Shown here: positions 20,601 through 28,372 of the stretch, in pieces
How positions within the stretch are numbered: the first letter of the stretch is position 1
How the letters are laid out: each line of letters starts with the position of its first letter
NCBI GenBank assembly: GCA_964553465.1
Contig: CAZKMG010000001.1
Span: 17,539-46,371, forward strand
Length of the DNA: 28,833 nucleotides
From: an uncultured Bacteroidaceae bacterium
GTDB taxonomy: Bacteria > Bacteroidota > Bacteroidia > Bacteroidales > GCA-2748055
Direction of reading: 5' to 3'
Program-made: the position numbers and the translations under genes
Notes under the pieces: generated by a model
What the model saw: the letters and a program-made list of their open reading frames with translations, nothing else
Databases searched by the model: none
Told to the model about the DNA's origin: nothing

Positions 20601-20618
20601 TTTTTTAAAAAAATTCAT
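17604..20618 (-). CDS. RND efflux inner-membrane permease, CusA/CzcA (heavy-metal efflux)-like
   Basis: 1004 aa with two sets of TM helices: FPEITFP, GLIIDDAIVVIE, FLPEMDEG...PPGTS, GIIAENA and RLRPKLMT. Confidence 0.92.
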   Translation of the reverse strand: MNFFKKFQTPILFGLILILAGGIFAYKNIQISLFPEITFPKIKIIADNGEQPVDKMMITVTKPLENALKLVPQLNTLRSTTSRGSCEISAFLKWDSDIYNSLQQVEARISEIRNILPPDTKITVERMDPTTLTSFGYSLESDNKSLIELKKLGEYTIKPYLSQIPGISAVLVLGGKTKEFWIEINPVKLTELAITPLDISNSLQKTGFIQSNGYMSDYRRLYLTITDAGLYDQESIENTVIQFSGGRVLRIKDIGLVKVSEKVEYIKVNANGREGVLINILRQPNTNIITLSEQIKTKIIELKSILPEGVILKPYYDQAEFVGRSIRSLFDALVVGLFLAVFIAILFLRSTNANLTLLLIIPITLCSTLLVLLVLHYTLNIMTIGAIAAAIGLIIDDAIVVIEQMHRTHEENPDEPVPVITGKAIKFLLPAMIGSSLSTIVIFIPFSLMSGVAGAYFKVLAYTMIITLSCSFLVTAICLPALYTFLSKYIKIKIKTKHSIHTRKWVNFFIHKPAISIIFILVLIAGSLFIYPKLETGFLPEMDEGSIVLDFDSPPGTSIEETEMMLVKVDSIVLQTPEVISYSRRTGTQMGFFITEPSRGDYLIELTHNRNRSTDEVINDIRLKVEQKLPALIIDFGQVIGDMLGDLMSSVQPVEIKVFGNDRNKLEPYAKEIAQIVENTPGTADVFDGIVIAGPNINIKPKNDQLYKYGLSPEDLQFELQTQLAGVIVGTIQEKEQLTDIRMIFPKGPKMNTTDLSKSDIFLPGGKQVPLTEIADIETHKGVSEQERENMEPIIAVTARLNNRDLGSVMRDIQQEIKKNIHFPKGYGVIYGGSFAEQRASFKELLTILILASLLVLLVLLFLFRKLRIAFLILFMAVLGIGGSWIALFITHTPLNVGSYTGVIMIVGIIAENAIFTFQQFMANLESVGSDRDSAINYAISTRLRPKLMTALGAIIALSPLAFGIGTGAQLHQPLAIAVIGGFICALPLLLIVFPSILRILYSK

Positions 20619-21562
20619 TCCTGGTCAATTATCTGAACTTTTGTTGTATCCGGAAGTCCGTAATTACCTTCAATCAGGATTTTATCGGTTGGTTTAAAAA
20701 CCGGGTCGATAATCTGAACCATATTTCCTTTCCTGATACCTTTTTTCACAGGTATTTTGACAGCAAGACTATCCTGGATTATTTCCACAACCCAGAATTC
20801 ATCAAGCGTTTCGTTTGACAGAATAGCTGATACCGGTAACACCTGGCTGTCGGGCAACTTTCGGATCGGTAATTTAAAAATGGCATTAAGTCCTTCAGGA
20901 AGATTTATTTTATTTGCAGGTTTTATAAGTACCTGGATGGATTGCGATCCTGGCTCGACTGTATTTAGCGATTTATCAATTGTACATGGAATAACGGAGC
21001 TGTCTGGTAACATTATTCCGCAATTCAATCCGGTAATGATGAATTTTTTATACTTAAAAGGAACATAAGCAATGAAATACAAATTATCAGTTCTTGTGAA
21101 ATTACATAACAATGTCCCTTCAGTTACATAATCTCCGGATTGATGAAAAAGTTCCTTAATATACCCATTTCCAGGGGCATCTACCTTAAATATACCCAGG
21201 CTTGAAATATTCTGCTGCTTCATAAGGCTGTCGTTGCTAATTGCCTTGTGCTCCCTTGTCTCAAGACTAAACAGAAAATGACCAGCAGAAACATTTTCAC
21301 TCTGAACAGCACCAATCCTAATTATATAACCTGATGCAGGTGCATAAATTTCACTTTTATCAATATATGCGGTTGTAGCAATTAAATCTACTGATTCATA
21401 CAGATCAATCCTTTGAACATGAGCGACTTTTACTCTTGGTAACGATTCGGACTCAGTCACTATTTGAGGCATATTCATTGGACATCCTGTGAAAAATATC
21501 ATCAGGAGGATGGGGCTTACAAATCTTAATCCCCGTTTACCAGTTCCAGAAATTGTATGCAT
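20615..21562 (-). CDS. RND periplasmic adaptor (membrane fusion protein), probable lipoprotein
   Basis: Lipobox FTGC, lipoyl half-motifs APASGYI and APGNGYI..L..Q.GDYV.EG..L, C-terminal VPVSAI...V.KG...D.ILIEGNYGL. ATGA overlap with the RND gene. Confidence 0.88.
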   Translation of the reverse strand: MHTISGTGKRGLRFVSPILLMIFFTGCPMNMPQIVTESESLPRVKVAHVQRIDLYESVDLIATTAYIDKSEIYAPASGYIIRIGAVQSENVSAGHFLFSLETREHKAISNDSLMKQQNISSLGIFKVDAPGNGYIKELFHQSGDYVTEGTLLCNFTRTDNLYFIAYVPFKYKKFIITGLNCGIMLPDSSVIPCTIDKSLNTVEPGSQSIQVLIKPANKINLPEGLNAIFKLPIRKLPDSQVLPVSAILSNETLDEFWVVEIIQDSLAVKIPVKKGIRKGNMVQIIDPVFKPTDKILIEGNYGLPDTTKVQIIDQE

Positions 21563-22778
21563 TGATGAAAAGTAATTTTTGCATTTGATAATTCAGATAT
21601 TCGTCCTGTGTTTGTTGAAAGGTTCTGACCATCATAAGATAATCAGTGACTGACAAATCTCCCCGTTCGAGCTCTTTACGATATATTTCCTGTAATAATT
21701 TAAACTTACCTAATTGTTCCTCAGCTCGCAGGATCTGATCTTCAATGATATGTAGTTCGGTTCTCAGTTTACCCAGGTTCTGATTCTGCTCATTTTTAAA
21801 GTTTTCTTTGTAATTTTCAATCGTCATGAGGCTTATTTTTGATTGATCCTCGTTTATCCTGCGTTGCTTTCCATCAAATATAGTCATGGAAAAATTTAAT
21901 CCCGCACTGAATCCAATACGTTTCTCTATATTTTGGAGTTGTGTGGAGACGAGACCTGCATCGGCAAAAGCAGAGATCTGTGGTTCATACTTAAGATCGA
22001 AAACTTTACGTTTGCTGACTGTCAGTAGGCTGTCCAACCTGAATTGGGTTAAAAAATTAAAACCGGTGGGATTTGTTAAGTGAATTTGAAGGAAAGGCTT
22101 CTCAAACTTAACAAGGGTAGTGTCAAAAATACCAGAAAGAATATTCAAGGAAGAAAAATCTTCCCGAAGTTTATTATTCAGTTCACCGAATTTATTTCTG
22201 TTATTTCCAATTTCAATTTCCAGTAAAATAAGATCGGAAGTTTTGAGGATTCCAACCTGGGCCAATTTAATGCTTGCATTATACTGGTCTGAAATAAGGT
22301 TTAAAAAGCCGGAAAGAAAATTCAAATGCTCCTGGTCGTAGAAGCAAATGATATATTGATCGGTTATTTGTTTTTTAAGTTCACGTAAACTCAGCTGTCC
22401 GGAGAATAGTGATCGATCAGCTTCCCGCTCATTCTTTTCTTTTTCCGTCAGGAGATATTTTCCAGTGAATAAAGGTTGATTTATATTTGCCAGGGCTGAA
22501 TAATGAGCTCCGTCGCTCATGGCCACATCATATCCAATACCATTAAATACAGGCGCCTTCATGATATTTGAGGTGCCATATATTGTCGGCTTGTTATAAC
22601 CAGCTTTAAGCTTATCATTCTCAAGGCTTAATATCTTCGCCTGATTCATCACGTCCTTTACATAAGGACTGTTGGAAGCACCTTTTTCCAGGTAAAAATC
22701 AAGCGACCTGACCTGGGCTGTCATTTCCGGACTCAAAAAGTGCAATAACAAAAGGCAGCCAGGAATAATACGAAGCAT
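21537..22778 (-). CDS. TolC family outer-membrane efflux protein
   Basis: 413 aa with a signal peptide, helical/beta alternation (NQPLFTG, MTIFDG, YRKELERGDLSVTDYL) and position directly upstream of adaptor and RND genes. Overlaps the adaptor by 26 nt. Confidence 0.88.
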   Translation of the reverse strand: MLRIIPGCLLLLHFLSPEMTAQVRSLDFYLEKGASNSPYVKDVMNQAKILSLENDKLKAGYNKPTIYGTSNIMKAPVFNGIGYDVAMSDGAHYSALANINQPLFTGKYLLTEKEKNEREADRSLFSGQLSLRELKKQITDQYIICFYDQEHLNFLSGFLNLISDQYNASIKLAQVGILKTSDLILLEIEIGNNRNKFGELNNKLREDFSSLNILSGIFDTTLVKFEKPFLQIHLTNPTGFNFLTQFRLDSLLTVSKRKVFDLKYEPQISAFADAGLVSTQLQNIEKRIGFSAGLNFSMTIFDGKQRRINEDQSKISLMTIENYKENFKNEQNQNLGKLRTELHIIEDQILRAEEQLGKFKLLQEIYRKELERGDLSVTDYLMMVRTFQQTQDEYLNYQMQKLLFINAYNFWNW

Positions 22779-22815
22779 ACAAATTAATTTAAACCATAAA
22801 ACTAATGAAATGAAT

Positions 22816-23256
22816 TTAATGAGGATTAATCCTTTTCTTATCTAAAAGCTGACCATCAACCGTAAATATAACTTCCAATTTTTCTTTGTCTTTATTTATT
22901 CCAATTTCATATTTTAAACTCTTGCCGGGTTCCTCAACGGTAGTAGTTTCTTGTATTATATAATCTTTGAAGTGTATCAGAAGGGCAGCTTTTATAGTAT
23001 CCGGAAGCTGTTCTTCAGTAATTTCGGCTTCAGTTTCAAACCATATTCCTTTTTCATCAAAGTTTGCAGACATTTCTTTGCCATTCAGTTTGAATTCAGC
23101 CTCAAAAGTTGCAGAATCCTCTTTGGTCCACCGGACCTGATCTGCCAAAGGAAATTTTTTGCTAAAGGATTGTTTTACCATAGTAGGAACATTTTGACTA
23201 CAAGCCAGGATGAATAGGCTTGATAAAATCATTTTAATTAAAAGAATTTTTTTCAT
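22816..23256 (-). CDS. PepSY-like (beta-lactamase-inhibitor-like, DUF2874) periplasmic lipoprotein
   Basis: ILAC lipobox, VPTMVKQSFSKKFP...W.KE...FEAEF...FDEKG.W.ETE...LPDTIK, and a second repeat ending FTVDGQLL. Confidence 0.85.
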   Translation of the reverse strand: MKKILLIKMILSSLFILACSQNVPTMVKQSFSKKFPLADQVRWTKEDSATFEAEFKLNGKEMSANFDEKGIWFETEAEITEEQLPDTIKAALLIHFKDYIIQETTTVEEPGKSLKYEIGINKDKEKLEVIFTVDGQLLDKKRINPH

Positions 23257-23344
23257 TTCATTTTTTTATAAAGGTAAATCCAAATATTAAGCTTTAAAAA
23301 TGACACGTTACTTAATAAAAATGGCGTTCTATCATTCTGGTTAT

Positions 23345-24808
23345 TTATTGACTTTGGACTTCTTCAATAGTAAAAATTTTATTTCTGTCCCAATCCAGCC
23401 AATATTTCAGGGCGGACTGTCTTACCAACTTCCAGTATCCATCGTCCATTAACCCGAACTTTACTATACCTTCCATGATGTCAGCTTCTACCTGTTTCAG
23501 ATATTCATCTTTCAGACTGAGGCGGATAGTTCTGTTTTTATAGGAAAACTCTGCCATAGCCCTTGTTTCATTTACTGTGGCCACAGAAATCAACCCCATT
23601 CCAAGAGTAGCTCCTGTGCTTACCTGGATACCGTCGGTAAGACAACTGTAAGGAGGTTTAAGTCCAGCATAAGTCACAACTTTTAATACATCGGGACCAA
23701 CCCCGAAAATCTCCCTTGCCTTAATGCCCATTTTAGCCCCGACAATTGAATATACACCAAGATGCCCATGAAATTCATCAGTTATAACGCATGCTTTCCA
23801 TTCTTCGTCACCATACCTGGCAATTGCAGAATCCATAATCTGCCGGACGTCATAAGAAAAGAGTTCACGCTGTGCAGGAAATTTCGTAAACACAACATTC
23901 TTTTCAGGAAAATAAGTGCCCCGGATCATGTCCTTCATTACTTCCCTGATTGCAACCAGGTCATAAGCTGTTGAATATCGCAGCCTTGTTTTCCCGACCT
24001 CTGGGTTCATATCAAATAATGCCGGAATACAAAGATATAATGCGGCAAGCTCATCAAACAGGGTAAGTTGATTGCAAGTAAAGTTTTTCGGATGTATATT
24101 TTGATGATAAAAGTGACTTAATACTTCTGAAAGAGAGGTTTGTAAAACATTATTTTTAGATATCCATGTGGTATCAAAAACAGAATTAGGATACATGAGA
24201 TTGGATATTACATCCATCCTGATATGTGAGTTAATTACTCTTTTAACTGCAAGACTATCATACTCATAATTAAACCCTTTCAATGGATTTACAGAGTCAT
24301 TATACCATATTATCCGGTCAATTCCCTGCAGCATACCAGGTTTCTTTTCAATGAATTCACTGATGTCAGATAAAGGCCCCAGGCATACAAGAGTTATTTT
24401 CTGACCTGTTGGAGTAATTATTTCGGAAAGCAGATCCATGGAGGAAATATAGTTTACACCAGGATAGGGAATGGAGCTCCATTTCAAGGACTGAGTATAT
24501 TCTCTCCAGGCAGGTCCTTTTCCATGGATATTTTTTCCGCAACCTACAGGAATTGAATCTTTACCAATCTCCTGAAGAAAACCGGTTACTTTATTAAAAC
24601 CCTCTTCAGGCAAGATATTCCCATCGGTAACGATAATTCCTTTAACAGATATTTCAGGGCGTGCGAGTAAAATATTTATGGCACGATAGTCATCGGCACC
24701 ACAGTCAGTGTCGATGATAATATCATAATTCCTAGTAACTTGCAAAGGTTGTTGATACAATGAAGTAAGGCAAAAGAATAGAAGGATTAAAGGAAATAGA
24801 AATTTCAT
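23345..24808 (-). CDS. Exported nucleoside-hydrolase (IU-NH) domain fused to a C-terminal FmdE-like domain
   Basis: Signal peptide from ATG 24808 (track start 24832). IIIDTDCGADD Asp cluster, LGPLSD, FNYEYD and FDELAA. C-terminal EFHGHLG...GAKMG...SCLTDGIQVSTGATLG. Confidence 0.8.
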   Translation of the reverse strand: MKFLFPLILLFFCLTSLYQQPLQVTRNYDIIIDTDCGADDYRAINILLARPEISVKGIIVTDGNILPEEGFNKVTGFLQEIGKDSIPVGCGKNIHGKGPAWREYTQSLKWSSIPYPGVNYISSMDLLSEIITPTGQKITLVCLGPLSDISEFIEKKPGMLQGIDRIIWYNDSVNPLKGFNYEYDSLAVKRVINSHIRMDVISNLMYPNSVFDTTWISKNNVLQTSLSEVLSHFYHQNIHPKNFTCNQLTLFDELAALYLCIPALFDMNPEVGKTRLRYSTAYDLVAIREVMKDMIRGTYFPEKNVVFTKFPAQRELFSYDVRQIMDSAIARYGDEEWKACVITDEFHGHLGVYSIVGAKMGIKAREIFGVGPDVLKVVTYAGLKPPYSCLTDGIQVSTGATLGMGLISVATVNETRAMAEFSYKNRTIRLSLKDEYLKQVEADIMEGIVKFGLMDDGYWKLVRQSALKYWLDWDRNKIFTIEEVQSQ

Positions 24809-24869
24809 AAAATGGGAATGATTAAAATACAAAAATAATATTAAACGAGAATGAATTCTAATATTAAAC

Positions 24870-24899
24870 CAGGATAAATTTACCAGATAATTTATCCTG
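24870..24899. promoter_or_regulatory. Perfect 11-bp inverted repeat (terminator-like hairpin or operator)
   Basis: CAGGATAAATT (24870-24880) / AATTTATCCTG (24889-24899) with an 8-nt loop. Lies between GH116 and the NH-FmdE gene and has no strong U-tract. Confidence 0.45.
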
Positions 24900-25061
24900 T
24901 ATATTCATTTTCATACATTAGCTTTTAAAGGTTATTAATGATTGTAAACTTATCAAAAATCAATTTGATTATCATTTTTAAATTTAAATGCAAAGATTTA
25001 AATGAACATGGAGTTTTTGCATTATGATTTGTATGGATTTTGTCACTCCTCACCCACGTGC

Positions 25062-27614
25062 TTACTTTACCAATTCACTTTCAACTCCGGAAACCAGAAC
25101 CTTTTTAATGTCCAGGTTTCCATATGCCATCTTAATAAATGGTTTGTTGTTTTTAAGACCGACATTTCCAAATCCTGTTTCGGCAGATAGGAAGCTTGTA
25201 AAGTCTCCTATCCTGGAATCGATATACAGGATCTTGTCAACTGCATCGAAGCGAACCCCGGTCATACCCTCCAATAAGGCATAACTTGCCATTGCCCTCG
25301 CATACCAGTGCCCACACTCATATTCATCGAAAGGATTCCTTATACTTCCATCATAACGGTTACGGCAAATACGAACAATTTCCAATCCCTTTTCGATTTC
25401 TCCCATGAACATTAAATGGGAGGCCACCTGGTATTCAATACCGGTCCACACTTCATCGCTATACACAAAGGGGAGTGAAGGCTTTTCTCCTTTGGGCCAC
25501 GTACATAAAAGAAGCCCTCCCTCATGACCGAGAGCATAGGTCGAACGCTGTGGATTCGGATGATCGCTCAAATCGTTTTTAAGGTTGTTTTTATAAACTG
25601 ATAACACGTGAGATTTAATTTTATTGGCATCAATTGGATCTGGCAATCCACAAACTCTTGCCATCCAGCATCCAAGTACTCCATCGGAAAGGCATCCGTC
25701 ACCATACTGGTATTTTGGACCTTCTCTTTGCAGAACAGCGATAGCTTCGTTCGAATAATTCCCCCCTATGGATTTTTTCGATGCCTCAACCGGATCGGGA
25801 GCATTCAAATCAGTCCATTGAATTTTCTGAATGAAATACTCTCCATTAAACAATATATTTTCCATGAACTGTTTCCCATTTTGATAAAGTTGCTGATATA
25901 AAATCACATCCTCCGAAATGAACTTACCCATTTCGCAAATTGCGTTGAGCGCGCCCAGATAAATGCTTGTGATCATCCCATCAGATCCCCAGAATTCAAT
26001 ATCATATGTGTTATGATGAGGTTCCTCAATCACTCCCTTATGTCGGGGATCCCAGGTTTCGATGCAATAATCCATGCTTGATTTTATTTTAGGGAAAAGT
26101 TTTTTCATCCATGTATTATTCCCACTTATTTTCCAATCCCGGTAGATTTTCATTATTCCGCCCAATTGTCCGTCGGAAGCGGCATAAAATTGATGATCAA
26201 CCGGACGGATGGGAAGGGCAGACCTGAAAGTCTGATGGCCTTCCTTATTTTGACTTTCGTTAAACTCTGTCTCACGTAGTGTCCTTTCGAGTGATGGAAA
26301 CATATGGCACAAAGCCTGAGCATAATTCCACACATGGGTGCATGAACCTGCACAGCAACCGGAATTATCATTACATCCTTCCCATGCCCATATTTTCCCA
26401 TCACGCTGGCGCATAACAGTTGGAGATTTTAAAATGGTCAGATTGGCTGCGATGGCTTCCAATACTTCTGCAGGCAGAGAACTTGCGTAAAAAGCATCTG
26501 AAAAAAGCCGGGATTTGCTTTTCAGATCAGGATAATGAATCTTCCAATAGTTTGTAACCTCTCTTATATTGCTGAATTTTCCGGAATACCATGGTTGATA
26601 ATACGGAGAAATGCAACAGCCAGTTGAAGGATCGCATTTTGGAGCATCATAGGGGTCTTTTCCAGTCCGGATATCTGAATCAGGAACATACCATGAGAAC
26701 ATAAGGTGAATAGTCGTTTCTCCCCCGGGAGCAACTTTAATGGGAACAAAAAGGGAAGCACCAGGAGCGTCCTTTTCGATCGGAGGATTTGACTTAAGAT
26801 TCGCTTGTTCTACATTTTCCCAGACCATTGTAAGAGGATCATTCCATCCTCCCCGAAACCAGCAATGATCAGTAACCGTTGATAACTGATCAGTAAAAAC
26901 AACAAAATCCCCTTTTAATTGGGCAGCCTTGTCTGCTTTCATCTGGGAAAGAACAAAACCGTTTTTAACAGGCAGGATGGCATTGATCCCTTCTTTTTGA
27001 CTCATGAAATTCACTGAGTGAAAGGAAAATACTGCATCGATCATCTTATCCCCACGATTTATAAAGGAATATTCAACCGCCCCAACCGGTAAACTTGAAT
27101 TATCAGGATCGGTTGGAATAAATGGGCTCCATCCTGTCAAACGCACTTCAAGAGGGATGTCCTTATCGGAAAGTATTATATATGCGAAGGGAAACCGGCA
27201 GAGAAACTCAGCGTTTTCAAATCTGGGTAAACCATATGATGTGTGTCCACCTCCCCGCGCTGCATTGGGCCGGCCGAAATATTTCCATTCAGGAACAGGC
27301 CCCTCAAGAACTTTAGCTCCGTCTTTTAGCCCTTTAACTGCAAGTGCAGCAAACATCAATGGCTCGTTAAAGACATCCATAGAATTACGAACGGAAACAT
27401 GAGAAAACGCTCCTGTACCTTCGAGGCAAAACATCCCCGCACCAATACCTCCAATAGGGAAAGCAATCCGGTTGAGATCTTTCCCCTTATAAACTTCATT
27501 ATATTTTCGAGTACCTGATTCCTGATCCTTTGCATCCGTGAAATTCGATTGGTCACATGATTGAAATACTATATTTATAGTAATCAGTATTATAATATAT
27601 TTTGTTTGTTTCAT
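25062..27614 (-). CDS. GH116 family glycoside hydrolase (GBA2-like beta-glucosidase/glucosylceramidase), lipoprotein
   Basis: SpII signal ending FQSC. Motifs IAFPIGGIGAG, RFPFA, AWEG (nucleophile region), GSCTHVWNYAQ, DGQLGGI, HNTYD (acid/base region), EVWTGIEY and ECGHWYARAMAS. Confidence 0.92.
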   Translation of the reverse strand: MKQTKYIIILITINIVFQSCDQSNFTDAKDQESGTRKYNEVYKGKDLNRIAFPIGGIGAGMFCLEGTGAFSHVSVRNSMDVFNEPLMFAALAVKGLKDGAKVLEGPVPEWKYFGRPNAARGGGHTSYGLPRFENAEFLCRFPFAYIILSDKDIPLEVRLTGWSPFIPTDPDNSSLPVGAVEYSFINRGDKMIDAVFSFHSVNFMSQKEGINAILPVKNGFVLSQMKADKAAQLKGDFVVFTDQLSTVTDHCWFRGGWNDPLTMVWENVEQANLKSNPPIEKDAPGASLFVPIKVAPGGETTIHLMFSWYVPDSDIRTGKDPYDAPKCDPSTGCCISPYYQPWYSGKFSNIREVTNYWKIHYPDLKSKSRLFSDAFYASSLPAEVLEAIAANLTILKSPTVMRQRDGKIWAWEGCNDNSGCCAGSCTHVWNYAQALCHMFPSLERTLRETEFNESQNKEGHQTFRSALPIRPVDHQFYAASDGQLGGIMKIYRDWKISGNNTWMKKLFPKIKSSMDYCIETWDPRHKGVIEEPHHNTYDIEFWGSDGMITSIYLGALNAICEMGKFISEDVILYQQLYQNGKQFMENILFNGEYFIQKIQWTDLNAPDPVEASKKSIGGNYSNEAIAVLQREGPKYQYGDGCLSDGVLGCWMARVCGLPDPIDANKIKSHVLSVYKNNLKNDLSDHPNPQRSTYALGHEGGLLLCTWPKGEKPSLPFVYSDEVWTGIEYQVASHLMFMGEIEKGLEIVRICRNRYDGSIRNPFDEYECGHWYARAMASYALLEGMTGVRFDAVDKILYIDSRIGDFTSFLSAETGFGNVGLKNNKPFIKMAYGNLDIKKVLVSGVESELVK

Positions 27615-28185
27615 ACTGTGCGGACATTAAATGAATTTGATAAGTGAAGGTTTGGCACCATGGCGATTTTAATATTATATCATCATAAATTCCCTGAAGA
27701 ATTGCAGGTTAGAGAATAACATTTGACATGAGCAATAGGAGCTGATATTTATATCGATGCCGTTAAATCAAGACTGAGATAAACCATTTCCTATCAGAAT
27801 GCAAAATAATGAAAAAGCAAAAACTCTCATGGGTATCAGAATTAGTGTATATTTTAGAAATATTAAAACAAGATATTTAAAATTGTCAAATAAGCAAAAT
27901 TCAATTAAACTACAGATATCCAATCAAATGTATTAAATCGTTCAGGAATATAATAATATAAAAAGGATGATTAGTTTTAACATTTTTATTAATTCAAGCT
28001 GATTTTATAAAAATATTTGCATAAAGGTTAGAAGGGTGGGGGTTTAGCCATCCCCAACAATTGATTATATTATATTCTACGAAAGTGTTGGATAATAACA
28101 CAAAATAAATTTTTCATATTATTATATAATTATTCGTATCAGAATGAAAAATTCAAAGAATAAAAAATTTGATTTTTAATATCAT

Positions 28186-28214
28186 TTTGCCAAATGACTA
28201 TTTCATTATATTTG
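28186..28214 (+). promoter_or_regulatory. Bacteroidota -33/-7 promoter upstream of the tRNA-like repeat array
   Basis: TTTG (28186-28189), a 17-nt spacer, then TATATTTG(CA) (28207-28214), about 80 nt before repeat copy 1. Confidence 0.6.
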
Positions 28215-28293
28215 CATCGGAATTTTAGGATATCATAATTTCGTTATTTGCCTCCTCCGTTGGCAGGGCGTCAATAATGGGAAATAAAAAAAC

Positions 28294-28372
28294 CGGGGTG
28301 TAGCGCAGTTGGTAGCGCGTGGCGCTGAGGCGCCAAGACCGGAAGTTCGCTTAAAAAAGCAGGAGAAAATAA
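28294..28372 (+). repeat. tRNA-Pro-derived repeat, copy 1 (3'-truncated pseudo-tRNA plus A-rich tail)
   Basis: CGGGGTG-TA-GCGC-AGTTGGTA-GCGC-G-TGGCGC-TGAG-GCGCCA-AGACC-GGAAG-TTCG-CTTAAAAAAGCAGGAGAAAATAA. No 3' acceptor strand or CCA. Confidence 0.9.

Noticed and set aside
844-27556. Numerous 60-100 aa ORFs in the track that overlap long genes (e.g. 906-1148, 2069-2347, 5900-6196, 9034-9300, 11255-11524, 18157-18423, 25608-25901, 27157-27402)
   Set aside because: They are antisense or out-of-frame shadows of well-supported CDSs, with no motifs or start context.
27615-28185. Small ORF (about 45 codons from ATG near 27799) and a weak GGGTGG/CCATCC hairpin near 28033-28053 in the long intergenic region
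   Set aside because: Both are expected by chance in AT-rich DNA, and there is no supporting signal.
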